Shown: positions 40,161-52,953 of the stretch, in pieces
How the letters are laid out: each line of letters opens with the position of its first letter
How positions within the stretch are numbered: position 1 is the stretch's first letter
DNA from: Dimorphilus gyrociliatus
Lineage: Eukaryota > Animalia > Annelida
Length of the DNA: 64,000 nucleotides
Direction: 5' to 3'
Assembly (NCBI GenBank): GCA_904063045.1
Contig: CAJFCJ010000002.1
Location: forward strand, 2,537,891-2,601,890
Notes under the pieces: generated by a model
Seen by the model: the letters and a program-made list of their open reading frames with translations, nothing else
Database searches by the model: none
Told to the model about the DNA's origin: nothing
Program-made: the position numbers and the translations under genes

Positions 40161-43012
40161 TCAAGCAATTTTTGATATTGTTTGGCCACTTCATCGGTTG
40201 GTAGACGTTCTCGAAGTCTGAAACGTTTTCGTATATGACTCCTGACGTCGCCACGATCTCCCTATTACGGACAAAAAAGAGAACGAGAGTGAAAATTGGT
40301 AGGTGGTAATCAATTAATAACGCTAACTAAACTAAATGGTTAAAATATACTCACGAGACACGACAGGTGTTCTAGAAAAGGTAATAGTAGCAATAGTTCT
40401 CGGTCGTCATCGTTGTCAAACCAACTTTCGATCGGTATGCCTGGAGGGTAAATGGAATTAAATAATAAACGCTTTCTGCGATCGATTCTATTCGGTTAGT
40501 TCTGGCAATCAAGTACTATTCTTGAGTCTAATCGCACAGGCAATCTGACGCCGGCTATACGGGTGGAGAGAGGGGGGCGTGCGCAAATTGTTTAGATAAG
40601 GGAAAGGGAATGCTTACCATTATCCAGCTGATATCCAAAGCTTTGTGGGCAATTATCAATAATAATAGTCTTTTGCAATTCTCTTCCTAACACCCTCAAA
40701 TCTTTGACGTAATTTCCATTAACGATTACACAGTGCTCCCGAAACAGACGGTGCTTTACGTAAACCTTTTTGGGGTCTAGCAAGTCCATCAGCTTATCTG
40801 CGTAAATTCTCTTTGAAGCTGTGAACATTGTAACTTCGAACAACTGAGAAACTCGCGTCAGAAATTCCTTTAGATACGGGCGAGTTCGAGCGTGAACCTG
40901 ATAGGTAACGCCTTCGAATGAGACAGGAAACACATAGTCTGAGCTGGTCATTGGTTCAAGACTGCAGTGAACCAGAGTTTCGTCCTGTATAAGAAATATA
41001 AACACATTAACACACTTAATAGCCATCAATCTCAAATTTATAGACACAAGACTACCTTTCAATAGAACTTATACTATGAAAATGTGAAAAACAGTGTTTG
41101 AACATAAATAAATTTTCTTAGAACTTTGAACCGGCATCAGCATGGTATACATGATTAGGCCTTAAAGTTCTATAATTTCATCACGTGATTTTACTCGCTT
41201 TAGGCTTCCCCTAGACCTGAGGCGATCTCCGTAGGTTATAGCAGACAATAATTACATGTCACCACGTTGTTATACTATAATTTAAACATGTGCTTGCGAA
41301 TCTATAATATAGAGTGAATAATGAGAAACACTTGGAAATGTTTATTTTTATAAACGTTACCGTTTATCCTAATTTTCTAATGCTTTCCGTCAATCGACAA
41401 TCAACAGACAGACTGACAGATCATGGGCAAAAAATAGTCCTGCTAATCTCCTAATTTACAAACAAAGTATTGACAAAAGAGGCACGCCTTTTAGGGATTT
41501 TTAGAACGTACTAGCGTCTTTAGTACTACTTTTGCTCTAATTATTGATATCTTGTCATCAAAAGGTTTTCATCATGAAATAACTAAAAAAGGAAAGTTTA
41601 ACCAAGTACAACAATAGAAAAAGGCTTGAGGTAAAAACATTCCTATATCATCTTCGAGTTACAAGCAAATAAGAATCCTGGTTTAACTTAGAGAGATATA
41701 CTAGGCTTTTCCGCCTAGCCTAATTTAAAAAAAACACGGGAAGAAAGCTTCACTTTCCCCGAATAAAAGTCAACTTTGAACTGTTACTAAAGATGTGAGT
41801 ATAAAGAAAAATAAAACGAAAATACTTTTACGCACCAAATCTAACACCAATGAATATCTTGGTGTTCTTCGAGTCCGTATAGGTAAGGCGGGAGTACCTT
41901 CGAGAGGCTGCTCAGGGGGTAGATTCTTGATAAAAACAAACGTTTCAAAATCGTCGTCCGGTGCCACCTGCAGCTCGTCGGGAACGTCTGCCAAAGGTTC
42001 CCTATTAGTTGTTGGTGCGACCGCTGATTCAGATTCTGATACAGAGAATAAACACGTAATTATACTGGGTAAACTAAATGCCCAGGCACATAGAATTAAT
42101 TATATAAATACGATATCGAAAAAGAAAAAAAAGAGCGAGAGAAAGATAGAGATAAAAAATTTAATCTCACCATCTGCTGTAGCTGCTTGCTCACTCTGAC
42201 CAACTGCAGCTGAAAAAATTTTACTTTTTTAAATAATGAGTTTTAGTGTAATGGTATAGTTAATTTTGTTAAGTGACAGTGTTTTTTACAAATGCGATCG
42301 TCTTCAATCGCCCGATAGAAATTCCATCGTTATTCAAGAGGTCTCCTTTCTTAAGTAGGGACTCAAAAAGGGTCGTGAAAGTCACCCCCTACTCGTCTAT
42401 TCCCTTTCATATTAAATAATTTGAATTTACTCACGATTGACAAATTCCGGAGAGAAAATAGATCCGCTGTCTCTTCGACGCCGCCGTCTTCGACTTCCGA
42501 AAGCTATTAAAAAATAATTAACGCTTAGCACGGCTTTAAAATATCTTATCTGACGATCTTTAACAAAGAAAGCAAACTCCTAAAAAAAATTCTTCTAATG
42601 CCTTACAAAAACAGTTTTCTCATCCTTAAAATGTCAAAACAACTGTAACAGTTATTTATACAAGTAAAACAGTAACATAACTGCTAGAAGAATAAAAGAA
42701 ATGCCTCTTCTTGTTGTCGAAGCTATCGTACTTTAAAAAGTAAAAAAATGGCAAAGAGACTAGTCAACTTACGCCGATTATTCCTCTTCCTACGTTTTGG
42801 AGTAGTGCAGGGACTTTTCAGCGGCGTTTGACACTTGAACTTTTGGACGGGTGGGGGCGAGCAGGTTTTAATAAAATCGGAGGTCGGTGGCGAGCACTGA
42901 ACAAAGAAAGGGTACGATTAGGTAAGCGGGTAGGCATGGGGTAGGTTTTTTACATGTAAAACATGGCGGCCATTGGAAATTGAAGCCTACCCCTATTTAT
43001 AATACATACCAT
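40161..43012 (-). CDS. CTDSPL2: CTD small phosphatase-like 2 (FCP/SCP HAD phosphatase)
   Basis: LVLDL|DETLVHCSL (DxDxT motif split by intron 40985-41835), [49 protein letters not shown] and the upstream SIFSPEF motif. The 5' exons splice in phase back to an ATG at 43010-43012 (5' end less certain). Confidence 0.9.
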
Positions 43013-44018
43013 ATATGAACCGGTCTGCCTTTTAGCCGTTTTAACTGGCGAGTTCTGGAGGCGAGAGGAGGAGCAAATCTTCACGCTCATCTGTTTGATC
43101 GGATAGAGTAAGATATCAACGGTACATTTAAAACGTCAGTCAGCTGATTCATTTAAAATAAAACAGTCGTTTCACCTCTTTCTTCCCTTAACACGATACT
43201 CTTAACGATTGATAAATTATCCCTTGCTTTAAGTGCGCGGAAGATTCAAACGGCCTAGCTTTTTACAACAGTTGTAATTCGGTTATTTCATTCAGCAAGG
43301 CTTGAAAACTTTTACCTCAATAATACAAGGTAATAGACGATAGACGCCGAACGCTCGACAAATAATGACTGATCATGCTTTGTGGTGTAATTTCCCATTC
43401 ACCTTTTAACAACAGGCGTCATTTAAATCGGTTTCTGATAAATGCTAGTACAATCGACTATAAACATTGTTTAACGGCTACGCGGCCGATACTTCTTGGC
43501 CAGAAGCCCAAAATACGAAATATTGACGAATGCGCTATCATCGATTTACCACCGTCTTCCTATACACGCTATGCTTCTCATATCGATCGTACAAGCTTCT
43601 CTTTGTTCTTCAAGAACGTTTTTTCTCTTCTCGCATAAAAATAAATAAGTTTTGGGAAACAATGAAGATCCATATATAACTAAGCCAACCGAACCGATAG
43701 ATACTATCCAATCAGCGCCTCTTATAATATTTTTTTTTAAGGAAAAAATTATATATATAATTCTTAATAATCTTACCTTTATCTTGAATTAGTTGCTTAT
43801 CATTTGAGATATTTTCATAACTTCTTGATTAGCGACCAATCCCACAAACTTCTCTGGCTAGTTTGCTTGTTTAGTTTACCCCGGATGTCATTGAAAGTTA
43901 TTTTCGTATCCGAAATTTTTTTATTTTGTTTTCGTAATTAATTAAGGTATATTTCTATTTTTATTTAAGGCTTAAAATTAATTTTTATTTTTTTTATACG
44001 AAAAGTGTCATAACTAAA

Positions 44019-46688
44019 ATGGAGACTACCGACCAAAGCGAAGCGTTGCCAAGCTATTTTGATTTAGTGACAAAAGCTATTAGCTCAGTCGAAATTTATC
44101 CCAAAACTCTGAAAAAGGATGCTTCTTATTTTTCTACCTTTCAAAGTGATTTATATAGTCGAGCTAAGATAAAACATAGCGAAATATATATAGCAATTGC
44201 CGGCGCAGCCGTAATAACTTACATCCGCTATCTATTTCAATTTTTAATATTCAAAGTACGTTTCAAATATAAGAGTTAAATAATAATTACCATTCAAAAA
44301 ACCTATTTGACAACTTTACTCTAAAAAGCCATTGGGATCTCATCTAAAATTGTCCAAAGCGGATGTTGCAAAGTTTCCAGAAAGTGCTTGGAAATTATTG
44401 TACTATGTTTCAACCTGGTCATATGTGTGCTATTTATTTTTCGTTAGCGAAAAACATGATTATTTTCATAAACCACTAAGTGTGTGGAAAGGTAAGTTTC
44501 CCCCCAACGATTATTAATTAACATGCTTTTATTACATTTAAAAAGAAAAACTGTATTTTTTTCTTTGTAACTGCTAACTAGGTTATAAACCTGAAATCGA
44601 AATACCTGGCGATGTCTTTGGAATTTATATGATTCAATTCTCATTTTATATGCACTCTGTCTATGCAACTTTTTTTATGGATCATTGGCGGAAGGTGATT
44701 ATATAGATAAAAGTGTATAGAACTTGTTGTGCTTGGGCTTAATTAAAGCCAGGAAGAATTTAACCTATCTGATATAAAAGTATCTCTAGAAAATTTCCCA
44801 TTAAACCTAGGTGCAGATAGATCAAAAAATGTTGATTTTTTTAAGAAAGCCAGAAGCGTTAATGTACATCAAGGAAAGAATAATAAGTCTTCTAAGACAG
44901 AAAATACACTTAAAAGCTATTTATGTGCCTTTAGAATTATTCTTTCTTATACATCCATTGATGAAGAAGATTATCTCAAAAGTGTTGGTCATTTAAGATT
45001 AAATCAGTTTGTATCATAATTACTTTATTCCTATAATAGGCTTTAAGGATGACAAAGAATTGTTGAGGTCAACAGATGACTACCATTATAAACAAACTTT
45101 GCAGATTGTAAAAATAGAGCTAATGGAAAATATCTGGTATGCGTTTTCATACCAACATTCAAATATTTTCGTAGATCCAAACATTTTTTTAATAAAGAAT
45201 TATTATTTCTTGGGTGAAAAAAAAATCAACCTATTCAGAGATATTGTTAGACAAGAATTTAATCTATAGAGTATTGACACTTTTTTACCATTCAAAGCAT
45301 TATATATGCATATAGTATACATTTATACAAATTTCATTTAATAATTTATCTTTATCATTTTCTGGAGATGCTCTATATGTAGTATTTTCTCTTGTTTATC
45401 ATTCGATATTAATATCTGAATTAATTTTTAACAATTGCATACAGGATTCTCTAGTAATGGTATTTCACCATTTTTTAACTATGGCACTTATTGGCTTTTC
45501 ATACTCTCTAAGGTCTGAAGTTTTGCTAATAAATATATGTATATTGTATACATGTTTTAAATATGCATAAACTGTACAGGTACTTTATGTTCTTTAATTT
45601 ATTTAACAGATTCCACAAAATTGGAGTTTTAGTTCTTTTCTTGCATGATATAACTGATATTTGTTTAGAAGGAACTAAATGTATGGTTTATATGAAGAAG
45701 AAAGGGGGAAAATATTCTGGGCTCTTTAATAATCTCAGTACAGTTGGATTTCTCAGTTTCGCCTCAACATGGTACTTAGAACAATTGTTAATTTCAGATT
45801 CTAAAGCTTTATAGCTTTTTATGTCAACATTTTTCATTACAATGAATTAATTATTTATTAAGTTTGATTGAAAGTCAATAGAATATAAACAAGCTATTAT
45901 ACTCTAGTAGGTTTTACTAATGATAATAGAAATATGATTCTTTTTTTATTTAAAAAAAAAAGTAATTATTTAGTAATAGAAATTTCTTGTGCAGTATCTA
46001 GCTATACATATTAATGAATATAATTAACATAAAAGTTATTTTCTGCAAGAATGCCTGTTTTTTCTCTTTGTTATTATATTTCTAAAAGAATTAGGCGTTA
46101 ATTTATTTTCGTTCACTGGTCAAAAGCATATATATTTTGTATAGGCACGTTTGTAAAGAGAAATTCTTTGGAAACTTGCCTGATTTACAATTTGGCTGTA
46201 AATCAAAGAACAAATCAATCAGATTTTTTTTTTACTCGTTACATTATATAGAAAGAGACACATTTTATAAAATGACCGTTATATTTGATGCTCTTCCTTT
46301 ACTATTATATATTCCTTCATATATAAACTGAATTAATAACTTTGATTTCCTTTACAAGGTTCGTGTTCCGACTCTATTGGTATCCTCTCAAAGTTCTATA
46401 CTCGTCTACTCATGGAGTTATTACATATACACCTAATAATTTGCCATTTACGATATTCGTATTCTTCAATGTTATGCTATTAATTCTACAAATTTTAAAC
46501 ATCTACTGGTTTATGGTAATGAAAAAGAAACATATTCTCTTTATTTAAACTCATACAATAAATTTTTCTGATTGTAGTATATCATTCACTTTATCTATAA
46601 AGTAATCACTGGCCAGATGACTGAAGTAGACGATGTTCGCGAAGACGAAGCTGTAAATGATATGCAACGAAAAGAAAAGAACAAGTGA
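44019..46688 (+). CDS. CERS1: Ceramide synthase 1 (TLC domain, no homeobox)
   Basis: KFPESAWKLLYY, HSVYATFFMDHWRK|DSLVMVFHH, Lag1p motif LFLHDITDICLE and FRLYWYPLKVLY; ends RKEKNK*. Confidence 0.92.
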
Positions 46689-48380
46689 GTATAGATCAAT
46701 GCATACATTCTCTACTGACTGTTAAAAGGAGAAAGGATTAGATATAATATGTACATTTAAAATGGTACAATATTTTAAAACTACAAGGTTTGCAAAAAAA
46801 GCCACTAAGTAATGATGCAAAATAAGTTTAAAAAAGAACTACAAAAAATTATCATTGATGTATTTTATGTAATTGGAAACTATGAAATATAACCTTGATA
46901 TTTTTTCAAGTAATTTTCGCCACGCGACTCTGTAGGTACGAACGTTCAGTCTACGTCTCATCATCAAATTTCTGCTGAAACGATTATGATTTAGAGCTAT
47001 AGTTTTTTTTTCTTCTTGTTCCCCTTTTCATTTTCTTTCTACTGACTAAACTTCCTAGAAAGAAGATATTAAGCTTAGATGTAAGAAACTGTACTCAAAT
47101 CATAGAGCAAAAAAAAGAAAAATAGAGAAATTCTTAAGAGAATAAATTGATACATTGAGAAATGACTCTAATACACAGAAATGCGTTTATGTATGAAAAA
47201 AATTCTCATTTCTCAAATAAGAGTCTCATTCTAAGAGTTTTCCGCTTAGAATATCTTTGATTTGTTGCAAAAACACGATTATTCTTGATATATCTTCTCC
47301 TTTATATAACAAAATTATTTCGCAAACTGCTCGATTAAAATTCTAATATTTCAAATAAAAATGAGAAGAAGAGTTGGGGGACAAGAGTAATTTCATACGA
47401 ATAATCAGTAAACGGAAATCCTTCGATCAATCGTCTACAGCTGCAATTTTTTATAGCAGCGATTGTATCTGCAGCTGCGGCTGAGTTTGTCAAAGCAAGA
47501 TTCGAAACTTCGTCAAAGAAATACGAGAAATGTGTTATAGTCTATTTAGAAAATCAGGTAGTTTGCGTGCGTCAAGTCGATGATTTTTTTTAAAGCTTAT
47601 CCTTTTTTGTATCAAACCTTTCTCTTTTCATTATTGTTTTTTTTTCTCTATTTCAAATGAAATACATTTTTCACTTGTTTTATAGGAAAAAGGAGAATTA
47701 ATAAGAAACTAAAACGGCAGGAAACGCTTAAGTTGAAAATATTCATTCGACAAGTAGATATTAGCGATAAATAAAAGAAAAAATATTATTCATACAAATA
47801 TACTTTTTGTGTTTATTAGTTTGTTTTCTTTTTCAATTTATTTTCATTTTTTTCACTCAGCTTTTTATTTATTTTACACTCCGATAAAAAGAAATTGTTG
47901 GTTATTTCAACGTGCAGTAATGAAAATGCTTAGCGCTTTATGCTTTATGCTTCATTATTTTGTTATCTTTATACGATGAATATTCATTTAGACCGTTTGA
48001 AATAAATTACTACCATAAAAATGAATATTTGAAAATGTGTCTATGTGTGAATGAAGATCTAAGTAACTTGCACATTTTACGCACCATTTAAATCAATTTA
48101 TTTTAATCATAAAATGCATTTTTTGTGGGCGTCAGCAAGTTTGTTTTTTAAAAACAATAAAACTTTCTTTATACGTATGGCATAAAATTTCTTTAAAATA
48201 GTAAAAGAAAAAATGAAAATGAAAAGACTAGTCTTCGTAAAAGCAGACATGGCGGCTTGTCGCAAAATTAACGAAAAAAAAAGACTTTTACGAAGAACAA
48301 TAGTTTGTTTGTCTGGTGTTATCGTTTTTTAGTTAGTCTACAGTGGCAAATTAACATCCTACTCGCCGTAGAGTTTCTTG

Positions 48381-51300
48381 TTAACAGTCTGGAGCGGGCC
48401 TATGATGATGATGATGTTCATAGAGAGGTGGAGGTAAAAGTCCGCGAAATGATTGAGGGTTGTAATTTACTTCGGATCCATTTTCGCCGGCCGATACGAC
48501 TGAACATCTTTCACCTTTTGGATCGCATACGGCGTAGGAATCTAATTCGGCTGGAAGAGGTGGAGCTGAAGGCAGCAAGCCTGTTGTTTCCTCTCTATCA
48601 GGAGGCGGTCCCGGATATTTTTCGGTAGTATGTAGAGGGAAGCCTAATAGACCAACAGCTCCCGAAAAGTGCCTATCGACGACCGGAGAAGACGTTGATT
48701 TCTGATGCGTTATCTCGACGGCCCGCTCTTTGTCCTCATCGTCTGAATCGTGATCTGTTGGTAGATAGAGGAATTTATATTTTACGCTACTCGGAATATT
48801 CAACAGCGTTATCTATCAGGAGAAAGGGTACTTTGGGGATTAAATAGCGTATTATTAAAAACACTGGGTTTAATAATTCACAATAATTATTCTTGCTTTT
48901 TTTTTTCAACTTTAATTTTATTGTTGGAAAACAAGGAAAAAGCGCAAAAAACCCAGCTATATATAATCAAATAATTAACACTTCTACTTTTATTGCTGCA
49001 AAGCTAATTTATAAAAAAGATCCATTCATCCAAAGAAAATTTAATGCATATGGTCCTTAATAATAATTGCTTTTTTTCCAACAGAGTTATCATCCTTTTT
49101 AGAAGATATACCTTAAGGAATGGAATAACATTTTAAGCAAAATTAATCGACCTTTTGAGCTTTGGCCGCGAATGTAAATTGAAGGATATCGATATAATAT
49201 AACTGGGTGTGAGAGAAAAGACAGGAATTTCCTTTTAAACACACACACACATTCTCTCTTTCCTCGTTCACACACTTTCTCGTTTCTCTTGTTTAATCGT
49301 TTATAAAAAGTAGCCATTCTATACAGCATGTTTATATTATAAGTTTGTAATAGGAAATTGTCGTCTGAGAAGCGACCCCTAGCGATTTGGTAACGCTCCT
49401 CTTAATATTTCATATTATTGCAATCTCTAGGTAGAAGATATTTATGTTGTAATAAAATTGTATATAGGTCATTTATCACTAAATCAATTATCAATTAATG
49501 GTGAAAAAACTGGTTACGCTATGTTATAAATGCTTTTTAAGCTCAGCGACAAAAAGTAGTCTTTTCCGCATTAATTAATCACGCAAGTCTAGCGGCAAAC
49601 TTATCCTTTCATATAGTAATGAAATCTATATAAGGGAGATTATTACTGAATGTTATACACCTGATCGCACACCAATTTCTTAGCCAACCCCTGTACATAA
49701 AATATTATGTTTGACGTTCGATTTGCCAAGCGCACTCTGGCGGTATTATTTATTGAGCAAATAACTTTTACCTCTTGAATATCTTAGTACATTTACTGCA
49801 CTCACCTGGAGAACAACACTTGTAAGAACACAATCCATCGCCATCCTTTCTTGATTCATGATTCGCCTTTCTCCTTTTCCAGAAATAGGCTAGGAATGCG
49901 ATGGCTATTATAAGGACGATGACAATTGGTAGTGTTATTAGAAGGGGTAATGATAATGCAGACATGCCATCTGAACCGCTATTCTCGTTTAGCTTCCAGG
50001 GAAAAGTGTCAATTGTATCATCTTCCTGATTACAGCGAAATCTGTTCCAATTCTGATGATAAAGACAGCACATAGCCCTGCCCTGATGCTGACAGCAACA
50101 GTAGTCAATACCAGGCTTGAAAGAGGTAACAGTACATTCGTGGGTAAATACTCCAACATATTCGTCTGCGACGCAAACACCACCAGGAGATATAGCATTA
50201 AGCTGATCACTCGCAACTTTTATCAATTCCATGAAGTAAGAAGTAAGGTTTTTTTTAAAAAAAAAATTGAAAAAGGTAAAATTAGCTACAGTAAGAAAAT
50301 CATCTGTTATTTAAATAAACTGTTTAATAAAAAATGGTAGAAATATCGTGCAAAATAAAGAATAAGAATAGAAAGATAAAAAAAAATAAAGTTTTTATAG
50401 ATAAAGAAAGAATCAGCAAGAATTTTTTTAAAACGATTATCGCTAAATCTTTCCCTTGTGATGAGTTCCCCAAACGAAAATATGGCAATTATTTCCACCT
50501 TAGGATAATCTTACTATGGAGATTTTCGAAAATTATATTTATTAAATATTAAAAATAAAACTTTTAATATTGCTAAATGGCTTTTAACACCTTTTACCAA
50601 ATGACATAGTTCGTTGAGAGGAATCATTCTGTTTTATTAAAACTATTAAAAACTTGTTTAAAACAAAAAATAATCTATATATTATTCATATTTTACTGAA
50701 AAAATAATTCGTATAAGTCTAATAATATCATGCAAAAAAGTGGTGGCGGCGATGGGAAAGGGAACCGACAGAACACTGATTTATCACGGATGAAAGAAGG
50801 CAGCGGATTATATCGTTTTTATACATCTTATAAATCTGAATATATCTTTTATGTAAATTGTATCTCGAGAAAACGGATATAATATATATGGTATATATGC
50901 TGGGAAAAATGCCAATGAGGAAGAATAGAGGAATAATTGAGTTTTCTTTATTTTATCTGCTTTTTCATGAGTCTATAATAACAATTGAAAGTAGTAGTAA
51001 ACATGACAAGAGAGGTCAAATAATCTTCTTTCATCCATGAATAAAAAAAATATACTTTAATAAACTTTTAATATACATTTATATGCATATCTTTTCTTAA
51101 TTAGAAATAATAATAATGATAATAATAATAAGAGATTTATCCGAATCTATCACTCCGACCTTACCATGGTTACTGCCTTTTAAACTGCTTTGGGCTGCGA
51201 AATATTTAAAAAGAATGATTTGATAAAAAACTGATAGTCATACAATCGACCGCCGCCAGCCACAACACGGTAGCAGGCAGCATCGTCGCCGTGAACTAGA

Positions 51301-51938
51301 CCACGCATGCGCAGTCTTAGAGATATTTTTTTTGGCAAATGTGCGTGCTACATGAGTTTTATAGGAAATAAAAAAGTGGATATATAACGTCCGGTATTAG
51401 AATGGATCGTTACAAAAAGAAAAGGAATATATATATGTCGCATAGACAAGCTTGAAATAATACAAAAATCGTAGACAATATAACATAAAGTATAAACAAT
51501 AAATACCAAATACTAATAGGTACATTAGTATACAATATGTATTGTTTATGTATTTATACTGCATATATACATATATATATATATATATATAAATTTATAT
51601 ATATATATATATATGTATAGAAAGTTTCTTCAACGAAAATATTAGAGACGAAAAAGAAATAGTATAAAAGAAAGGATTTAAGATTATTTTACTGTTTGTT
51701 TGTTTGTTATATTTTTTAAATATTAATAATTAATGATTATTTCCTATTTAGTTTGTTGAGTTTTTTGAATATATGCAAAAAAAAAAAAAAAGAATTTTTT
51801 TAATAAAAAAAAAAACATAACTTACCACCATCTCTACAAGATTTGGCCTGTTGACTGTTACATTTTCCTCCTATTTAATAAAAATATGGGGAATATAATA
51901 TGAAAATTGATGAATAAACAATTTATATTTTGGTTCTA

Positions 51939-51975
<37 letters not shown>

Positions 51976-52953
51976 CAACATACTCTGCTCTAGTAACTTC
52001 ATATATTTACTTTCGGATCTCTTTTGTTGCATTAGAACATACAATAGTCCGCCACTCAATCAAATATCAACGGTTTTTTACGATTTATAGGACTACATTA
52101 TTAGAAGATTGAAAAATATATCTTGTAATAAAAATGAGATTCGAGTTGGTATAAGAAGTTTACATAGTATCACCGACGTAAGGTATAGATTAATGATAGT
52201 TTAATATTAATATATGTGAAGAAAAAAAAAGCTACGTGACTCTAGTACAAAAATTCAATTTGCGGAACGCTTTGGCGGAAAGAAAAGAAACGCCCGACTG
52301 CGTTTAAGTGTGAGACTATAATCGACATAGTTTGCCCGTTTTATATGGCTTTTTCAAAGTAAGCTATGTGGCCTTTTTCGAGAGCTATAGCGATGATATT
52401 TATTCAGTCAAATGTGAAAGTAAGTGGTATGCAAAAATTTAACTAATTAAAGAGATTCATCTATGAGATGACATTTTTTAAGAGAGTAAAGATAAGCGTC
52501 TTTCAAATACTTTGCGTTCTTTTATACATATATATATATATATATATTGTATATGTATAGCAAGAAAGAACGCCTTGGAAACTCATTAAATTGGTTAGTC
52601 TTAGTATCTTGGGAATATTTGAGGCCAGATATCCTTTGGGAAACGAACAACTGACCAGCTGAGACGCTAACCGGCTCTTGCAATAAAAAAAAACCCTAGA
52701 ATAAAAATATTATTGCCGCTAAAATGATAAAACTGCGTTTAGACTTTATGTCAAGTAAACTTTTTCTTCAAAAGAAAGAACTGAAGAGATTTCAATGCCA
52801 TGTTTTAGCATAAGAAAAAATATTATTCAATCCCAAAAAACAGAGTATTGTAAAAGTAAAAAAAAAGAACTTACCGGCCATTTTGAATAGAATAGCGATG
52901 ATTAAGGCAGAAGCGTACGCGATATGCACCGAAGGATTTGAGCGAATGCTCAT
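48381..52953 (-). CDS. Shisa/WBP1/VOPP1-like Cys-rich single-pass membrane protein with PSAP and PPxY tail (about 302-312 aa)
   Basis: Exons 52875-52953 (signal peptide), 51826-51870, optional 51165-51194, 49806-50216 (C..C..CCC..CC ectodomain and TM) and 48381-48754 (LPSAPP, PPPLY). All junctions are phase 1; total 909 nt without the 30-nt exon. Confidence 0.72.
51569..51616. repeat. Interrupted (TA)n microsatellite
   Basis: TA run interrupted by AAATTT, inside a Shisa-like intron. Confidence 0.85.
51940..51974. repeat. (ATT)n microsatellite
   Basis: About 11-12 trinucleotide units; this explains the poly-N and poly-Y ORFs in the track. Confidence 0.9.

Noticed and set aside
41134-41187. 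C/D snoRNA-like boxes (GTGATGA...CTGA, minus strand) in a CTDSPL2 intron
   Set aside because: Only about 54 nt long, terminal stem of 2 bp, and no rRNA target I can recognise.
46700-48380. Possible GDF1-like second cistron downstream of CERS1, as in vertebrates
   Set aside because: No TGF-beta cysteine-knot ORF is present.
49663-49692. 30-nt AG/GT-bounded segment in the Shisa-like intron as a cassette exon
   Set aside because: It cannot be joined in phase to the Pro-rich terminal exon, whereas the direct 49806-to-48754 splice works.
51871-52112. Poly-Asn and poly-Tyr ORFs
   Set aside because: Both are translations of the (ATT)n microsatellite.
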